Source: Chthoniobacteraceae bacterium (GTDB taxonomy: Bacteria; Verrucomicrobiota; Verrucomicrobiia; Chthoniobacterales; Chthoniobacteraceae). From it: 18,259 bases of DNA. The stretch spans positions 1 to 18,259 of the forward strand of contig JBBCKI010000012.1 in NCBI GenBank assembly GCA_037190965.1, in the 5' to 3' direction. The position numbers and the translations under genes are program-made. This document shows positions 7,662 through 17,210 of the stretch, in pieces. The notes under the pieces are model-generated. The model had not been told where the DNA came from, did no database searches, and saw only the letters and a program-made list of their open reading frames with translations. Numbering within the stretch: the first letter of the stretch is position 1; every line of letters begins with the position of its first letter.

Positions 7662-8498
7662 ATGAACGCGCCGCTGCTCGACGTCCGAAATCTCGTCATC
7701 CAGTTTGCCACGGAGGATTCCACCGTGGAGGCGGTCAAGGGCATCTCGTTCACGCTGGAGAAGGGCGAAGCCCTTGCGGTGGTGGGGGAGAGTGGATCGG
7801 GCAAAAGCGTCTCCGCGCTCGCGCTCACCCGGTTGCTCCCGGAGCCTCCCGCGCGCTATGCCGGGGGGGAGATTCTGCTCAACGGGCAGGACGTGCTCAA
7901 GATGACCGGGCCTGAATTGCGTCGCATCCGGGGCTCCCGCATCGCCTATATTTTTCAGGAGCCCTCCACTTCGCTCAACCCGGTGTTTACCATTCGCAAC
8001 CAGATCGCGGAAGCGATCCGGCTGCATCGGCCCGATGTCACGGATATCGACGGCGAGGTGGCCAAGTGGCTCGGGCTGGTAGGGATCGTCAGCCCCGAGA
8101 AACGGATGTGGGATTACCCTCATCAGTTGAGCGGCGGGATGCAGCAGCGCGCGATGATCGCGATGGCGCTCTCCTGCCGTCCCGACATCCTTGTCGCCGA
8201 CGAGCCGACCACGGCCCTCGACGTCACCATTCAGGCGCAGATCATCGACCTGTTGCGCGATCTCAAGAAGGAGCTCGGCATGAGTTTGCTGCTCATTACG
8301 CACAATTTCGGCATCATCGGCGGCATCGCGGACCGCGTCGCGGTCATGTTTCGCGGGAAGATCGTGGAACATGGACCGGTGGAGCAGGTGCTCCGTCAGC
8401 CGCAACACCCCTACACCCGGGCATTGATCGATTGTATCCCTAAGCTCGGGGAGCGTAAACGGCGGTTGACGACGATCAATCACGCGGCACTGCAGTAG
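7662..8498 (+). CDS. Oligo/dipeptide-type ABC transporter ATP-binding protein (OppD/DppD-like)
   Basis: Walker A GESGSGKS, IFQEP.TSLNP, YPHQLSGGMQQR, Walker B ILVADEPTTALDVTIQAQI, ITHN, HPYTRAL. Confidence 0.93.
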   Translation: MNAPLLDVRNLVIQFATEDSTVEAVKGISFTLEKGEALAVVGESGSGKSVSALALTRLLPEPPARYAGGEILLNGQDVLKMTGPELRRIRGSRIAYIFQEPSTSLNPVFTIRNQIAEAIRLHRPDVTDIDGEVAKWLGLVGIVSPEKRMWDYPHQLSGGMQQRAMIAMALSCRPDILVADEPTTALDVTIQAQIIDLLRDLKKELGMSLLLITHNFGIIGGIADRVAVMFRGKIVEHGPVEQVLRQPQHPYTRALIDCIPKLGERKRRLTTINHAALQ

Positions 8499-8525
8499 GC
8501 GCGACACGCGTCCCCCGCTTTTGGC

Positions 8526-9872
8526 CTAGGGCAGCAATGGCAGGCTTGGCAACTGGCTTGGCAGCTTGACCGGCACCAGCGGCGCGACGATATCGAGAAC
8601 CCCTTGGGCGTTCTTGCGGACGCTTTCCTTGGCGGAGTTGACGGTTTGATCGAGTGCCGCCGCCGCGAGCCGTGCGGAGAGATCTTCCATCGGATGCGCC
8701 GCCGGGCCCGAGAGCGTTACGGGCGTCCAGAGATAGCCGTCGCGGGCGGTCGTGAAGACTTTCTCCCGCGCGCCGGGGATCCATTCCAACGCCGAGGGAA
8801 TGACGCCGACCTGCACCGTACCGTCGATCCGGCCCGCGCGAACGGTCACCGCCCCCTCCACCTTGAGCAACCCGCTGCTTTCGATCACGAGATCGGTCAC
8901 GTTGAGTGTCCCGGCGGGATCCCCTGTGAAACGCGCGGTTCCCTTGTGGAGATTCATCCGGCGGAAGCCGTCGGTGCGCGTCAGCTCGGCCACTTTATCG
9001 AGCAGCGGCAACGCGCTGAGTTCGCCCTCCGTGAGGGAGGCCTCGCCCTTGGTGATCTGTGTGCCGCCATGAAGCTGGAGAGCCATCGCGCCGGAGAGTT
9101 TGCCGGTCAGCTTCGCCCGCCAGTCGCCTGGAAGGAGCAGTCCGACCGGGATGGCGGTGTAGGTCGCCTGGCACTGACTTGCGCCGGGGGCAAACTCGCC
9201 CTCCACCTGAAGCGCCCCGCTGTCGCCCGCCCGGAGGCGCGCCCCTGTCAGGAAGAGCGTTCCACCCCGGGTTCGCGCTTCGAAGTTCTCCAGCCGCCAT
9301 TCGATGCCCGGCCCGTCGGAAAACCGGGCTGCACCCCCGTCGCCCCGCAGCAGCCATTCGGCAGGATTTCCCGGGCTGGGGGTTGCCTGGAGCCTCGTCT
9401 TCTTGAGTTCGCCGCCCTTCCAGTTGAGTTCGAAATCGGCCACCGTCAGTTTGTTCAACGCGAATCGGCCGGGAAGGGCTTCGTCGGTCCGGGATGTCGC
9501 CATCATCCCGGAGGAGGGCGTGGTCGTGCCATCGAGAACGATCCGCATCCGCGTCACATCGAGGTTTTCGACCGTGCACGATTTCGCAAAGAACCCAAAG
9601 CGAACCTCGGCGCGGATCTGGTCGGCCTTCAAGAGTTCAAACGTCGAGCCCCTCCTTGCGGTAAACCCGTCGGTGTAAATTGCTTCCAGGGACTGCGGTT
9701 GCAGAAGCGTGAATTCTCCTTCGGCATTAAGCGCTCTCGAAACTGCCGCATTCAACCGTTGCCTGCACGGATCGCTTTTGAGGTAGCCTTGAAACCAGAA
9801 GCGAAAACCGAGCGCCGCACAAAGAGATGCGACCACTGCTGCTACGAGAAATCCAATCAAGATCCGTTTCAT
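8526..9872 (-). CDS. Membrane-anchored hypothetical protein, possibly AsmA-like
   Basis: N-terminal hydrophobic anchor (MKRILIGFLVAAVVASLCAALGFRFWF), beta-strand/Gly-rich body, C-terminal ESSGLLKVEGAV...IDGTVQVG...PVTLSGPAAHP resembling AsmA C-termini. Confidence 0.6.
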   Translation of the reverse strand: MKRILIGFLVAAVVASLCAALGFRFWFQGYLKSDPCRQRLNAAVSRALNAEGEFTLLQPQSLEAIYTDGFTARRGSTFELLKADQIRAEVRFGFFAKSCTVENLDVTRMRIVLDGTTTPSSGMMATSRTDEALPGRFALNKLTVADFELNWKGGELKKTRLQATPSPGNPAEWLLRGDGGAARFSDGPGIEWRLENFEARTRGGTLFLTGARLRAGDSGALQVEGEFAPGASQCQATYTAIPVGLLLPGDWRAKLTGKLSGAMALQLHGGTQITKGEASLTEGELSALPLLDKVAELTRTDGFRRMNLHKGTARFTGDPAGTLNVTDLVIESSGLLKVEGAVTVRAGRIDGTVQVGVIPSALEWIPGAREKVFTTARDGYLWTPVTLSGPAAHPMEDLSARLAAAALDQTVNSAKESVRKNAQGVLDIVAPLVPVKLPSQLPSLPLLP

Positions 9873-9934
9873 GGGAGAACGGCTTAATTAACCTGAACCG
9901 GCCAAGACTTCGAATGAAATCGGCCTCGCTCTTT

Positions 9935-10009
9935 CCAAGGGGCCGAGGCGGCAAGGTACCCCCCCTGCGCCGTCGAGCGCGGGCAGGCTACCGGTGCTGC
10001 CGCACCATT
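9935..10009. repeat. Degenerate right half of the REPIN family
   Basis: CTACCGGTGCTGCCGCACCATT (9988-10009) is identical to 5107-5128; upstream CCAAGGGGCCGA..TACCC..GCGCCGTCGAGCGCGGGCAGG resembles 5068-5106. Confidence 0.72.
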
Positions 10010-11151
10010 TAACCCAGCCTGACCCCCACTTTGCAAAGCGCTGCCGCGCGGGCGGCGGCCTCTTCCAGGAGCGATGCGGCGTTCGCAATGGCTTCCTCCA
10101 GCGGCATCGGGCCGTTTGGGATTGGCAGGGCGGCATCGAAGAGTTCCGCCAGGCGGGGATCGTTTGACACCCGGCCGCCGAAGGCGATCACCGGTTTTCG
10201 GTAACGGCGGGCGAGCATGGCGATTCCAGCGGGGCCTTTGCCGTCGAGCGTCTGCATGTCGAGGCTCCCCTCGGCGGTAACGACCAGATCGGCTCCTGCG
10301 ACGGCTTCTTCCAGCCCGAGGATCTCCGCGATGAGATCGAACCCCGGGCGGATGGACGCATTGCAGAAGGTGAGCAGCCCGAAGCCGAGCCCTCCGGCGG
10401 CTCCTGCGCCGGGGGTGTTCTCGAAACCGCGTTCCAGTTCAAGATCGCGCACGGCCAGTTCCGCCAGGTGCTCCAGCGCGAGTTCCAGTGCCTCTATGTC
10501 GCGGGCGTCCGCGCCTTTCTGGGGGGCGAAGACCTGCGCCGAGCCACGGGGGCCGAGGAGGGGATTCTGCACGTCGCAGGCGGCGATGATTTCCGGCAGA
10601 TCGGGGACGTTACGGTTTTCGATCCTCTCCAACGCCAGCAGGTTGCACGGGGCGGGCTGCTCCATCGGTTCGCCGTCGCTGGTCAGAAAATCGTAGCCGA
10701 GCGCTGCGGCCATGCCCGCGCCGCCGTCGGTGGTCGCGCTCCCTCCGAGCCCGACGATGATCCGTTTCGCGCCGCGCTCCATGGCGTCGCGCATCAGTTC
10801 CCCGGTGCCGAAGGTGTTCGCCTCCCGGGCGCGGCGTTCCGCCTGGGGGACGAGGACAAGCCCCGACGCTTCGCTCATTTCGATGACGGCGGTGGGCACT
10901 GCCGCACCGGGGATCCAGGCGTACCCGGCCTGCACGGGGGCTCCCAGGGGGCCTCGCACGGTGCGGGTGATCCATTCGCCTCCCAGCGCGTCGCGCATGG
11001 CCCGGGCCGTTCCTTCGCCACCGTCGGCGATGGGGCAGAGCGCGATCTCCGCCTGGGGCCAGATTCGTTTGAACCCCCTCCCCAACGCGGCGGCGGCCTC
11101 GGAGGCCGGGAGGGAACCCTTGAACTTGTCGGGGGCGATGACGATTTTCAT
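10009..11151 (-). CDS. glxK: Glycerate kinase (GlxK/GarK family)
   Basis: [14 protein letters not shown] start, [68 protein letters not shown]. Confidence 0.93.
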   Translation of the reverse strand: MKIVIAPDKFKGSLPASEAAAALGRGFKRIWPQAEIALCPIADGGEGTARAMRDALGGEWITRTVRGPLGAPVQAGYAWIPGAAVPTAVIEMSEASGLVLVPQAERRAREANTFGTGELMRDAMERGAKRIIVGLGGSATTDGGAGMAAALGYDFLTSDGEPMEQPAPCNLLALERIENRNVPDLPEIIAACDVQNPLLGPRGSAQVFAPQKGADARDIEALELALEHLAELAVRDLELERGFENTPGAGAAGGLGFGLLTFCNASIRPGFDLIAEILGLEEAVAGADLVVTAEGSLDMQTLDGKGPAGIAMLARRYRKPVIAFGGRVSNDPRLAELFDAALPIPNGPMPLEEAIANAASLLEEAAARAAALCKVGVRLG

Positions 11152-11350
11152 GGTCGGAAGCATCCATCTTGCACCGGATTGCCGCACGGTTCCAGCACTC
11201 CGTGCGCAATCCATGGCGGCAGGGTTCGCAGTGTGGGCCTTGACGGCTTTCTTGCCTTTTTGCCAGCCGGCCCTAATACTCTCGACGTATTACAGAGAAT
11301 CTTTGAGGCCCACTCCGTGCGGCCGTAGGATTCGCAACCCAAAACAAATT

Positions 11351-11980
11351 ATGGCATTTGAATTACCCGCACTTCCATTTCCGGCAAACGCTCTTGAGCC
11401 TTACATCGACGGGCGTACCAACGAAATCCATCACGACAAGCATCATCAGGCTTACGTGACGAACCTTAACAACGCCATCGCGGGCAAGCCCGAGTTGGAA
11501 TCCAAATCGCTCGACGCGCTGATCACCGATCTCGCTTCCGTGCCCGAGGCCGTCCGTACCGCCGTTCGCAACAATGGGGGTGGTCACTGGAACCACACGT
11601 TCTTCTGGAACATCCTCGGCAAGAACGAAGGGGGCAAACCCTCCGGCGCGCTCGCCGAAGCGATCAACGCCGCTTTCGGCAGCTTCGAGGCGTTTCAGGA
11701 GAAATTCCAGGCCGCAGGCGCAGGCCGTTTCGGCAGCGGCTGGGCCTGGCTCGTGGTCAAGGGCGACAAATCGCTCGCCATCGGCTCCACGCCCAACCAG
11801 GACAACCCCCTGATGACCGGCGTTTCCGAACTGATCGGCACGCCGATTCTCGGCGTCGACGTCTGGGAACATGCCTACTATCTCAACTACCAGAACCGCC
11901 GCCCGGATTACCTCAAGGCTTTCTGGAACGTGGTGAACTGGAACGCCGTGGAGAAGCTCTACGCGGACGCGGTGAAGTAA
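11351..11980 (+). CDS. sodA: Superoxide dismutase, Mn-type signature
   Basis: [56 protein letters not shown] and QD positions favour Mn over Fe. Confidence 0.93.
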   Translation: MAFELPALPFPANALEPYIDGRTNEIHHDKHHQAYVTNLNNAIAGKPELESKSLDALITDLASVPEAVRTAVRNNGGGHWNHTFFWNILGKNEGGKPSGALAEAINAAFGSFEAFQEKFQAAGAGRFGSGWAWLVVKGDKSLAIGSTPNQDNPLMTGVSELIGTPILGVDVWEHAYYLNYQNRRPDYLKAFWNVVNWNAVEKLYADAVK

Positions 11981-12003
11981 TTCACTTCTTCCTAAGACTC
12001 ATC

Positions 12004-12047
12004 AAAAGCGCCGAAGTTTTTTTTCTTCGGCGCTTTTTTTTCTTTTT
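12004..12047 (+). terminator. Rho-independent terminator after sodA
   Basis: AAAAGCGCCGAAG-T8 loop-CTTCGGCGCTTTT followed by further T-runs. Confidence 0.88.
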
Positions 12048-12075
12048 GAGAGGCAGGGGTTACCATGATGTTTAA

Positions 12076-12236
12076 GGAACCGCTGATTAAAGCGAGCTGA
12101 AGCGCAAGCTTGTCATTTTCGGGTCTTTTTGGGCTGCTTTTTCCTCACCTGTCTTCAGACAGGCTGCGGGAAAGCATCTCAAAAATCCCTCGAGACTGCC
12201 TGCGCTTTCGCCTCGCTCCATTTAATCAGCGTTTCC
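12076..12236. mobile_element. 161-bp MITE-like fold-back element, copy 2 (best preserved)
   Basis: TIRs GGAACCGCTGATTAAA / TTTAATCAGCGTTTCC (15/16 complementary), flanked by TTAA on both sides (12072-75, 12237-40); central CCTGTCT-TC-AGACAGG. Confidence 0.85.
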
Positions 12237-12250
12237 TTAACCCTCTGCGT

Positions 12251-13489
12251 ATGGCGTACCTCAACGACAACTACCTCAAGCTCAAAGCCGGTTATCTTTT
12301 TCCTGAAATTGCCCGTCGCGTGAAGGCATTCTGCGACGCCAACCCGGAGGCGGCCAAACGGCTCATCCGCTGCGGCATCGGCGACGTGACAGAACCGCTC
12401 CCGCCCGCCGTGGTGGCCGCGCTGCATGCGGCTGTGGACGAACTGGCCTCGCGCGAGACCTTCCGTGGCTATGGGCCCGAGCAGGGGTACGAGTTTCTAC
12501 GCAACGCCATCGCGCAGAACGACTACCGCAATCTGGGCATCGACATTGCCGACGACGAGATCTTCGTCTCCGACGGCTCCAAGTGCGACTGCGGCAATAT
12601 TCTCGACATCCTCGGCCACAAGAACACCCTCGGAATCACCGATCCGGTTTACCCGGTTTACGTCGATACCAACGTCATGGCGGGGCATACCGGCGATGCC
12701 GACGCCTCGGGAGCCTACGCAGGCATCCATTACCTGAAGTGCGACGCGGGGAATGGCTTTGTCCCCGAGGTGCCTGCCGAAAAGCTCGATGTCGTTTACC
12801 TCTGCTTCCCCAATAATCCCACGGGTGCCACGGCCACGCGCGCGCAGCTTGAGGCATGGGTGAAGTACGCGCTGGAGAACCGGACGGTTCTGCTCTTTGA
12901 CGCGGCCTACGAGGCTTACATCTCCGACCCCACCGTGCCGCACTCGATCTACGAGATCCCCGGCGCGCGCGAGTGTGCCATCGAGTTCCGCAGTTTCTCG
13001 AAGAACGGCGGGTTCACCGGGACCCGGTGCGCCTTCACCGTCGTGCCAAAGACGCTCCTCGCCGCCACGGAGAGTGGCGAACTCAAGCCGCTCCACCCGC
13101 TCTGGAACCGGCGGATGAGCACCAAGTTCAATGGCGTGCCCTATATCGTCCAGCGGGGCGCCGAGGCGCTTTACTCGGCCGAGGGCAAGCAGCAGGTCGC
13201 GGCGTTGATTGAGCATTATATGGGCAACGCTGCCATCCTTCGCGAAGCGGCAACGGCCGCCTGTCTCCCGGTGTTCGGCGGCGTCAATGCCCCCTATATC
13301 TGGGTTGGCACGCCGGAGGGGATCACCAGTTGGGAAATGTTCGATCGGATGCTCAACGAAGCCAATGTGGTGATCACGCCCGGCAGCGGCTTTGGCTCCA
13401 ACGGCGAGGGGTATTTCCGGATCTCCGCCTTCAACAGCCGGGCGAACGTGGAAGAAGTCGCGCGGCGGATGCGGGCGATTGCGTGGTGA
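12251..13489 (+). CDS. dapL: LL-diaminopimelate aminotransferase
   Basis: [100 protein letters not shown] 12251. Confidence 0.96.
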   Translation: MAYLNDNYLKLKAGYLFPEIARRVKAFCDANPEAAKRLIRCGIGDVTEPLPPAVVAALHAAVDELASRETFRGYGPEQGYEFLRNAIAQNDYRNLGIDIADDEIFVSDGSKCDCGNILDILGHKNTLGITDPVYPVYVDTNVMAGHTGDADASGAYAGIHYLKCDAGNGFVPEVPAEKLDVVYLCFPNNPTGATATRAQLEAWVKYALENRTVLLFDAAYEAYISDPTVPHSIYEIPGARECAIEFRSFSKNGGFTGTRCAFTVVPKTLLAATESGELKPLHPLWNRRMSTKFNGVPYIVQRGAEALYSAEGKQQVAALIEHYMGNAAILREAATAACLPVFGGVNAPYIWVGTPEGITSWEMFDRMLNEANVVITPGSGFGSNGEGYFRISAFNSRANVEEVARRMRAIAW

Positions 13490-13501
13490 TCGCCCGGTGA
13501 C

Positions 13502-14608
13502 TTAATCCCGCCAGCGACGGTGGGGCAGGCCATACATCTCCCCGAGCCAGGCATAGGCGATATCGAGCGCGGCGATGGAGGGTGTATGCCCTGAGGCGTG
13601 GTCGATGCAGCCAAGGGCGTTGTCACTGCCGTGGAGACGGTAGATCGGGCGAGCTGCATCGAGGTATTGCCAGCTTTCGCTCGAGTCGGTTTCTCCGGCA
13701 ATGAGGAAAAAGGGCCTGGGTGCCAGCAGGGCCAGAAGTTCGTGATGGGCCATGGCGCTGTCATCCGGGGGAATCTTGTCGCCGAGATACCAGGGGGCGT
13801 CCCAATTGGTCGATCGCCACGGCAACCCGAAATCGGAGCCGATGACGCAAGTCACCCGCTCATCGAGCGCGCCGGTGTAGAAAGCCATTTTCCCACCAAG
13901 CGAGTGCCCCATGGCGAGCACCCGGGATGGATCGACACCACGCTGGCTCAAAAGAAGGTCGAGCGCGCGCGAGGTATCGTGGGTCAGTTTGCCGAGGCCG
14001 GTCCACTCAGGATGATCGCTCAGGATCTTTTGCGCCGCGCTCTTCCACCAGGCGAACGGAGCGTCGCTGCAAGGATCGGGCACGGTGTTGAAAGGGAAAG
14101 CCTCTACGCAGGCGACGACGAACCCGAGCCGCGCCAGATGCCGGCCGATCTGCCGCACTTCGGTCGCCACCGATTCGTCGTCTTCAAGTCGAAGCCCGGT
14201 TGTCGCGGAGTTCGGCGCAAGCCCGGCGGACTTTTCCGGATGATAAAACGGAACGACCGCACATGGTGCGGGATCCCCTGCAGGCCGCCTGGGATGCAGG
14301 ATGATGACGCGTTGGCTTTGGCCCGGTCCGGTCGGCTGAAGCAGGGAGACGGCTCGGAAATCCGGTCCCTCCATTTCCTCCGTCACGCGTGGAGTGGGAT
14401 CGTATTGATCGGCGGAAAAGGAGGGCTGCCCCAGTAGATCAAGCCAGCGAGCCTTGAATTCGGGCCGGAGCCGTTGCTCCCAGGCTCGGAGGAGATCTGT
14501 CGCATGGGCTGCGCCGGTTCCGCCCAGCAGCGGCCGGAGTTGGTGATTGCGGCCGAGCCGGGTTCCGTTGGGCTGTGAAAATGCTTTGGCGATGGAAGGA
14601 CGATTCAC
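13502..14608 (-). CDS. Alpha/beta hydrolase (dienelactone-hydrolase/CE15-like esterase)
   Basis: Nucleophile elbow GHSLGGK, GKLTHDTSRALDLL, HELLALLAPRPFFLIAGETD, C-terminal GH; GTGA overlap with upstream gene stop; no clear signal peptide. Confidence 0.8.
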   Translation of the reverse strand: MNRPSIAKAFSQPNGTRLGRNHQLRPLLGGTGAAHATDLLRAWEQRLRPEFKARWLDLLGQPSFSADQYDPTPRVTEEMEGPDFRAVSLLQPTGPGQSQRVIILHPRRPAGDPAPCAVVPFYHPEKSAGLAPNSATTGLRLEDDESVATEVRQIGRHLARLGFVVACVEAFPFNTVPDPCSDAPFAWWKSAAQKILSDHPEWTGLGKLTHDTSRALDLLLSQRGVDPSRVLAMGHSLGGKMAFYTGALDERVTCVIGSDFGLPWRSTNWDAPWYLGDKIPPDDSAMAHHELLALLAPRPFFLIAGETDSSESWQYLDAARPIYRLHGSDNALGCIDHASGHTPSIAALDIAYAWLGEMYGLPHRRWRD

Positions 14609-15267
14609 TGGTTCTTGCGATGGGTTGCAGCACGATAACCAAAGCAGATCGCGCCCAATCCGGCAATCAAAGCGACCGATGATGGCTCGGGGACCGCGGT
14701 TACCTCAAAGCTGTCAAACGCAACATAGGCCGTTCCTGTTATTGCCTGGGTGAACGCAATATGGCCGCTGACCGTAAAGGAAACGGCATTCTCCGGAGCG
14801 ACCGCTACGACGCTGAGCTGAGTCCACGTGGCGGAGCCGGTTGATTCTGTTTGAAACTGCTGCAAGAGGTTGTTGGAGGCGTCGTAGAAAGAGATGATGC
14901 CCGAGACGCCGTACTTGCCCGCCTGGCCGCTGGTGCGAACCGACAATTCCAGACGGTAGGATGTGTTGGCCGTCACACCGGTATAGCGGTTGCTGGTAAG
15001 ACTGCTGATGGTTGAATTGGCGGGCTGTCCGCTGAAGATCACTCTCTGGATGGCGTGACTTCCCTCGTAAACAAAGGACGACGCGGTTGCGGAATCCAGC
15101 CATCTCCAGTAACTGCCGTCCACGGTAAACGCCCACCCCGGCGGTTTGTTGCTTACGAGGCTGTCTTCAAATCCACCATTGGTGATCAGCGTGGCGGCCT
15201 GGACGGTTGCCGGAACCATGAGGCAGGCGACGAAAAGAGGGGCGATTGACTTAAAGAAGCGTTTCAT
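14605..15267 (-). CDS. PEP-CTERM surface protein with CBM-like (galactose-binding-like) domain
   Basis: Signal peptide ending ATVQA; LITNGGFED...PPGW and WTQLSV...APENA...VAFDSFEV resemble CBM4/9/16-like jelly rolls; C-terminal VPEPSS + hydrophobic segment + basic tail. Confidence 0.88.
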   Translation of the reverse strand: MKRFFKSIAPLFVACLMVPATVQAATLITNGGFEDSLVSNKPPGWAFTVDGSYWRWLDSATASSFVYEGSHAIQRVIFSGQPANSTISSLTSNRYTGVTANTSYRLELSVRTSGQAGKYGVSGIISFYDASNNLLQQFQTESTGSATWTQLSVVAVAPENAVSFTVSGHIAFTQAITGTAYVAFDSFEVTAVPEPSSVALIAGLGAICFGYRAATHRKNQ

Positions 15268-15316
15268 AGTTGAGATAGGGATGTTTTTTTGGGGGTTGGG
15301 GATGACGAGGGGCGGG

Positions 15317-17140
15317 CTAATTCCCCTCCGATGCTGTCAGAAAGGCGACATAACTCATGGGGGCGATGGTCGTTTCGATCAACGCGGTGTGCCCCAGGCG
15401 TTTGCCGCTTACGATCTCCACCGTGTCAGGCTTGGGAACCGCATTTTTCCAGGCAACGCGAGCCGGGAGGCGCGTCTTTCCACGGTTGATGATGATCACA
15501 AGACGGCGCTCGCCAAGGGTATAGGCAAAGGTGCTGGCCGGATCGATATTACGAGAGAGGCTCAGGCTGTCATTGGAGACGCGTTCGCCATCGAGCAGGA
15601 AATCTTCGATCTCCGACATTATCTGGCTGACTTGTGCGGTTGCGCTGAACGCGGCCCCTTCGAAGACGGGAAGGTACCAGAGGGTCAGACCGCCTTTTCC
15701 GCCGCTATCAAGGAGGGCCGACAGGAGCCGGAGTTTGAATTCATCGGGCCCCGGCATCCGGCGTTTATGTTCGAGGAAATGCTCGATAAACATTTCGGCG
15801 GCAATATAGGGAACTTCGCCGAGGGCACGAGCCGTGGCGGCAAGGTCCCGGCGGCCTCCATAGTAGCCTGCACAGCCAAACTGGATTTTTCCCTCCTGGA
15901 CCATCTGGCCCCAGTCGACTGAATAGAGCTGCCGGGTGAAGTTGTCGAATTTCCCATCGTATTCATAGCCCGAGTAGAGACCGTAGCCCAACGTCGGATC
16001 GATGGTCGCGATCGCCTCGGCGAGAAGGGCCGACATCTGCGCGCTCTGCCAGCACCGGTACGATATCCACTGTTCGCGATAGTGTTCCGCGATATGGGCG
16101 GGGTTTGCCGGAACCGGTTCGTTAATTTTGGCCCATTGGGCAAACGCTTCCATTGCGCCGGGGTTATGGATGTCGCCATAAGCGATCTTTCCTTCACGGT
16201 CCATTCCCCGTACTTCGTTGTCGTTGACGACGGCCCGATAATTGGTTGATCCAAGTTGGGATCGGAGGTCCTCGATCAATAAAGGCATTACTTTTTCTTT
16301 ATTGGCGATGATCCAGGTCGCTGCGGCGGCGTGCTTCGATGGATCGGGCCTGCCGTCTTTGTCGAACATGACTGCCTCGGGGAATTGATTGCGAATACGG
16401 CCTGCGAAGGAGTTCCAGAACCAGTAGAGCTCAGTACCCAGCCCTTCTTTGCTCAACGAGGGGGTAAGCGAAATAAAGTCCGGCTTGCCGTTCTCGATTG
16501 GGCGCATGTCGCAAATGGTGTTGATTCCCGAATTCAGGACGGCTTTCTCAATGGCTTCGGAAAACTTGGGATTCGCATACCCATGATAGTTATAGATGCC
16601 GAGCGTCAGGCGCCGGGGGCGCTTGCCTTGGAGTGGCTCGAGGACCTGTAGCTTTGCGGTCAAGGGTTCGCATCGTTTCCCGCCGCCGACAGTGGAGGCT
16701 TCGATAGTGCATGAATAGTCGCCCGGCTTGTTTGTGGCGCCGGGGTCGATCATCAACGAAAGGCGCAGCGCCTCCCGAGAGGAAAACTGGGCTTTGGGCA
16801 GTGAAAGCTGATAAACTTCGTTCTTCCCGGATGACACCTTTTCCACCTTGGAAGGGATTGCCAAAGGTTTCGGATGCAGGCCGAAAGCCCGCGACTCTCC
16901 GACAGCGGTGATTTCAAAGCCGCTGGGAAGCGTAATGCTCAGAAGAATATCCGCTTCGGTCTCATTGAAGTCGTCGGGAAGCGCAGGCCAGATCGGCATT
17001 GGCTGCCCCGCGACAAGATAGGCGCTGCTACCGCGCGGCCACAGGGAGAGTTCGCCTGCGAAGGTGGCAGAGCCAAGCGCGGCCAAGGCGATGGAAAATG
17101 AGGCAAGGCGTAACTTATTTAGAAAACGGGTTTGGGTCAT
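15317..17140 (-). CDS. Secreted hypothetical protein with putative GH42/clan GH-A-like barrel
   Basis: Signal peptide ending ATFA; VVNDNE, AMEAFAQWAK, QWISYRCWQ...LAEAIATIDP, PYIAAE resemble GH42-type segments in order. The CDS is solid; the fold is inference. Confidence 0.6.
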   Translation of the reverse strand: MTQTRFLNKLRLASFSIALAALGSATFAGELSLWPRGSSAYLVAGQPMPIWPALPDDFNETEADILLSITLPSGFEITAVGESRAFGLHPKPLAIPSKVEKVSSGKNEVYQLSLPKAQFSSREALRLSLMIDPGATNKPGDYSCTIEASTVGGGKRCEPLTAKLQVLEPLQGKRPRRLTLGIYNYHGYANPKFSEAIEKAVLNSGINTICDMRPIENGKPDFISLTPSLSKEGLGTELYWFWNSFAGRIRNQFPEAVMFDKDGRPDPSKHAAAATWIIANKEKVMPLLIEDLRSQLGSTNYRAVVNDNEVRGMDREGKIAYGDIHNPGAMEAFAQWAKINEPVPANPAHIAEHYREQWISYRCWQSAQMSALLAEAIATIDPTLGYGLYSGYEYDGKFDNFTRQLYSVDWGQMVQEGKIQFGCAGYYGGRRDLAATARALGEVPYIAAEMFIEHFLEHKRRMPGPDEFKLRLLSALLDSGGKGGLTLWYLPVFEGAAFSATAQVSQIMSEIEDFLLDGERVSNDSLSLSRNIDPASTFAYTLGERRLVIIINRGKTRLPARVAWKNAVPKPDTVEIVSGKRLGHTALIETTIAPMSYVAFLTASEGN

Positions 17141-17210
17141 GATGAAAGCTGGGCGCGCTTATGGCGCACAAGAGGGTTGAAAAGAGCGAAAGAGGGCGCG
17201 GGCGGAGTCG

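Noticed and set aside
4857..7828. 551-aa and 503-aa minus-strand ORFs opposite hom/thrC
   Set aside because: Antisense shadows of clearly identified genes.
8604..9887. 427-aa plus-strand ORF
   Set aside because: Arg-rich shadow; the minus ORF has a credible anchor and composition.
11252..11280. Possible sodA promoter TTGCCT...TAATACT
   Set aside because: Ambiguous -10 register and several alternative -35 hexamers; too weak to call.
10712..11350. Apparent long N-terminal fusion on SOD
   Set aside because: Overlaps glycerate kinase antisense; canonical SOD start at 11351.
12110..12250. 47-aa extension of DapL (and related peptide in ORF 3215-3397)
   Set aside because: Translation of the repeat element from non-ATG starts; similarity reflects DNA repeat homology.
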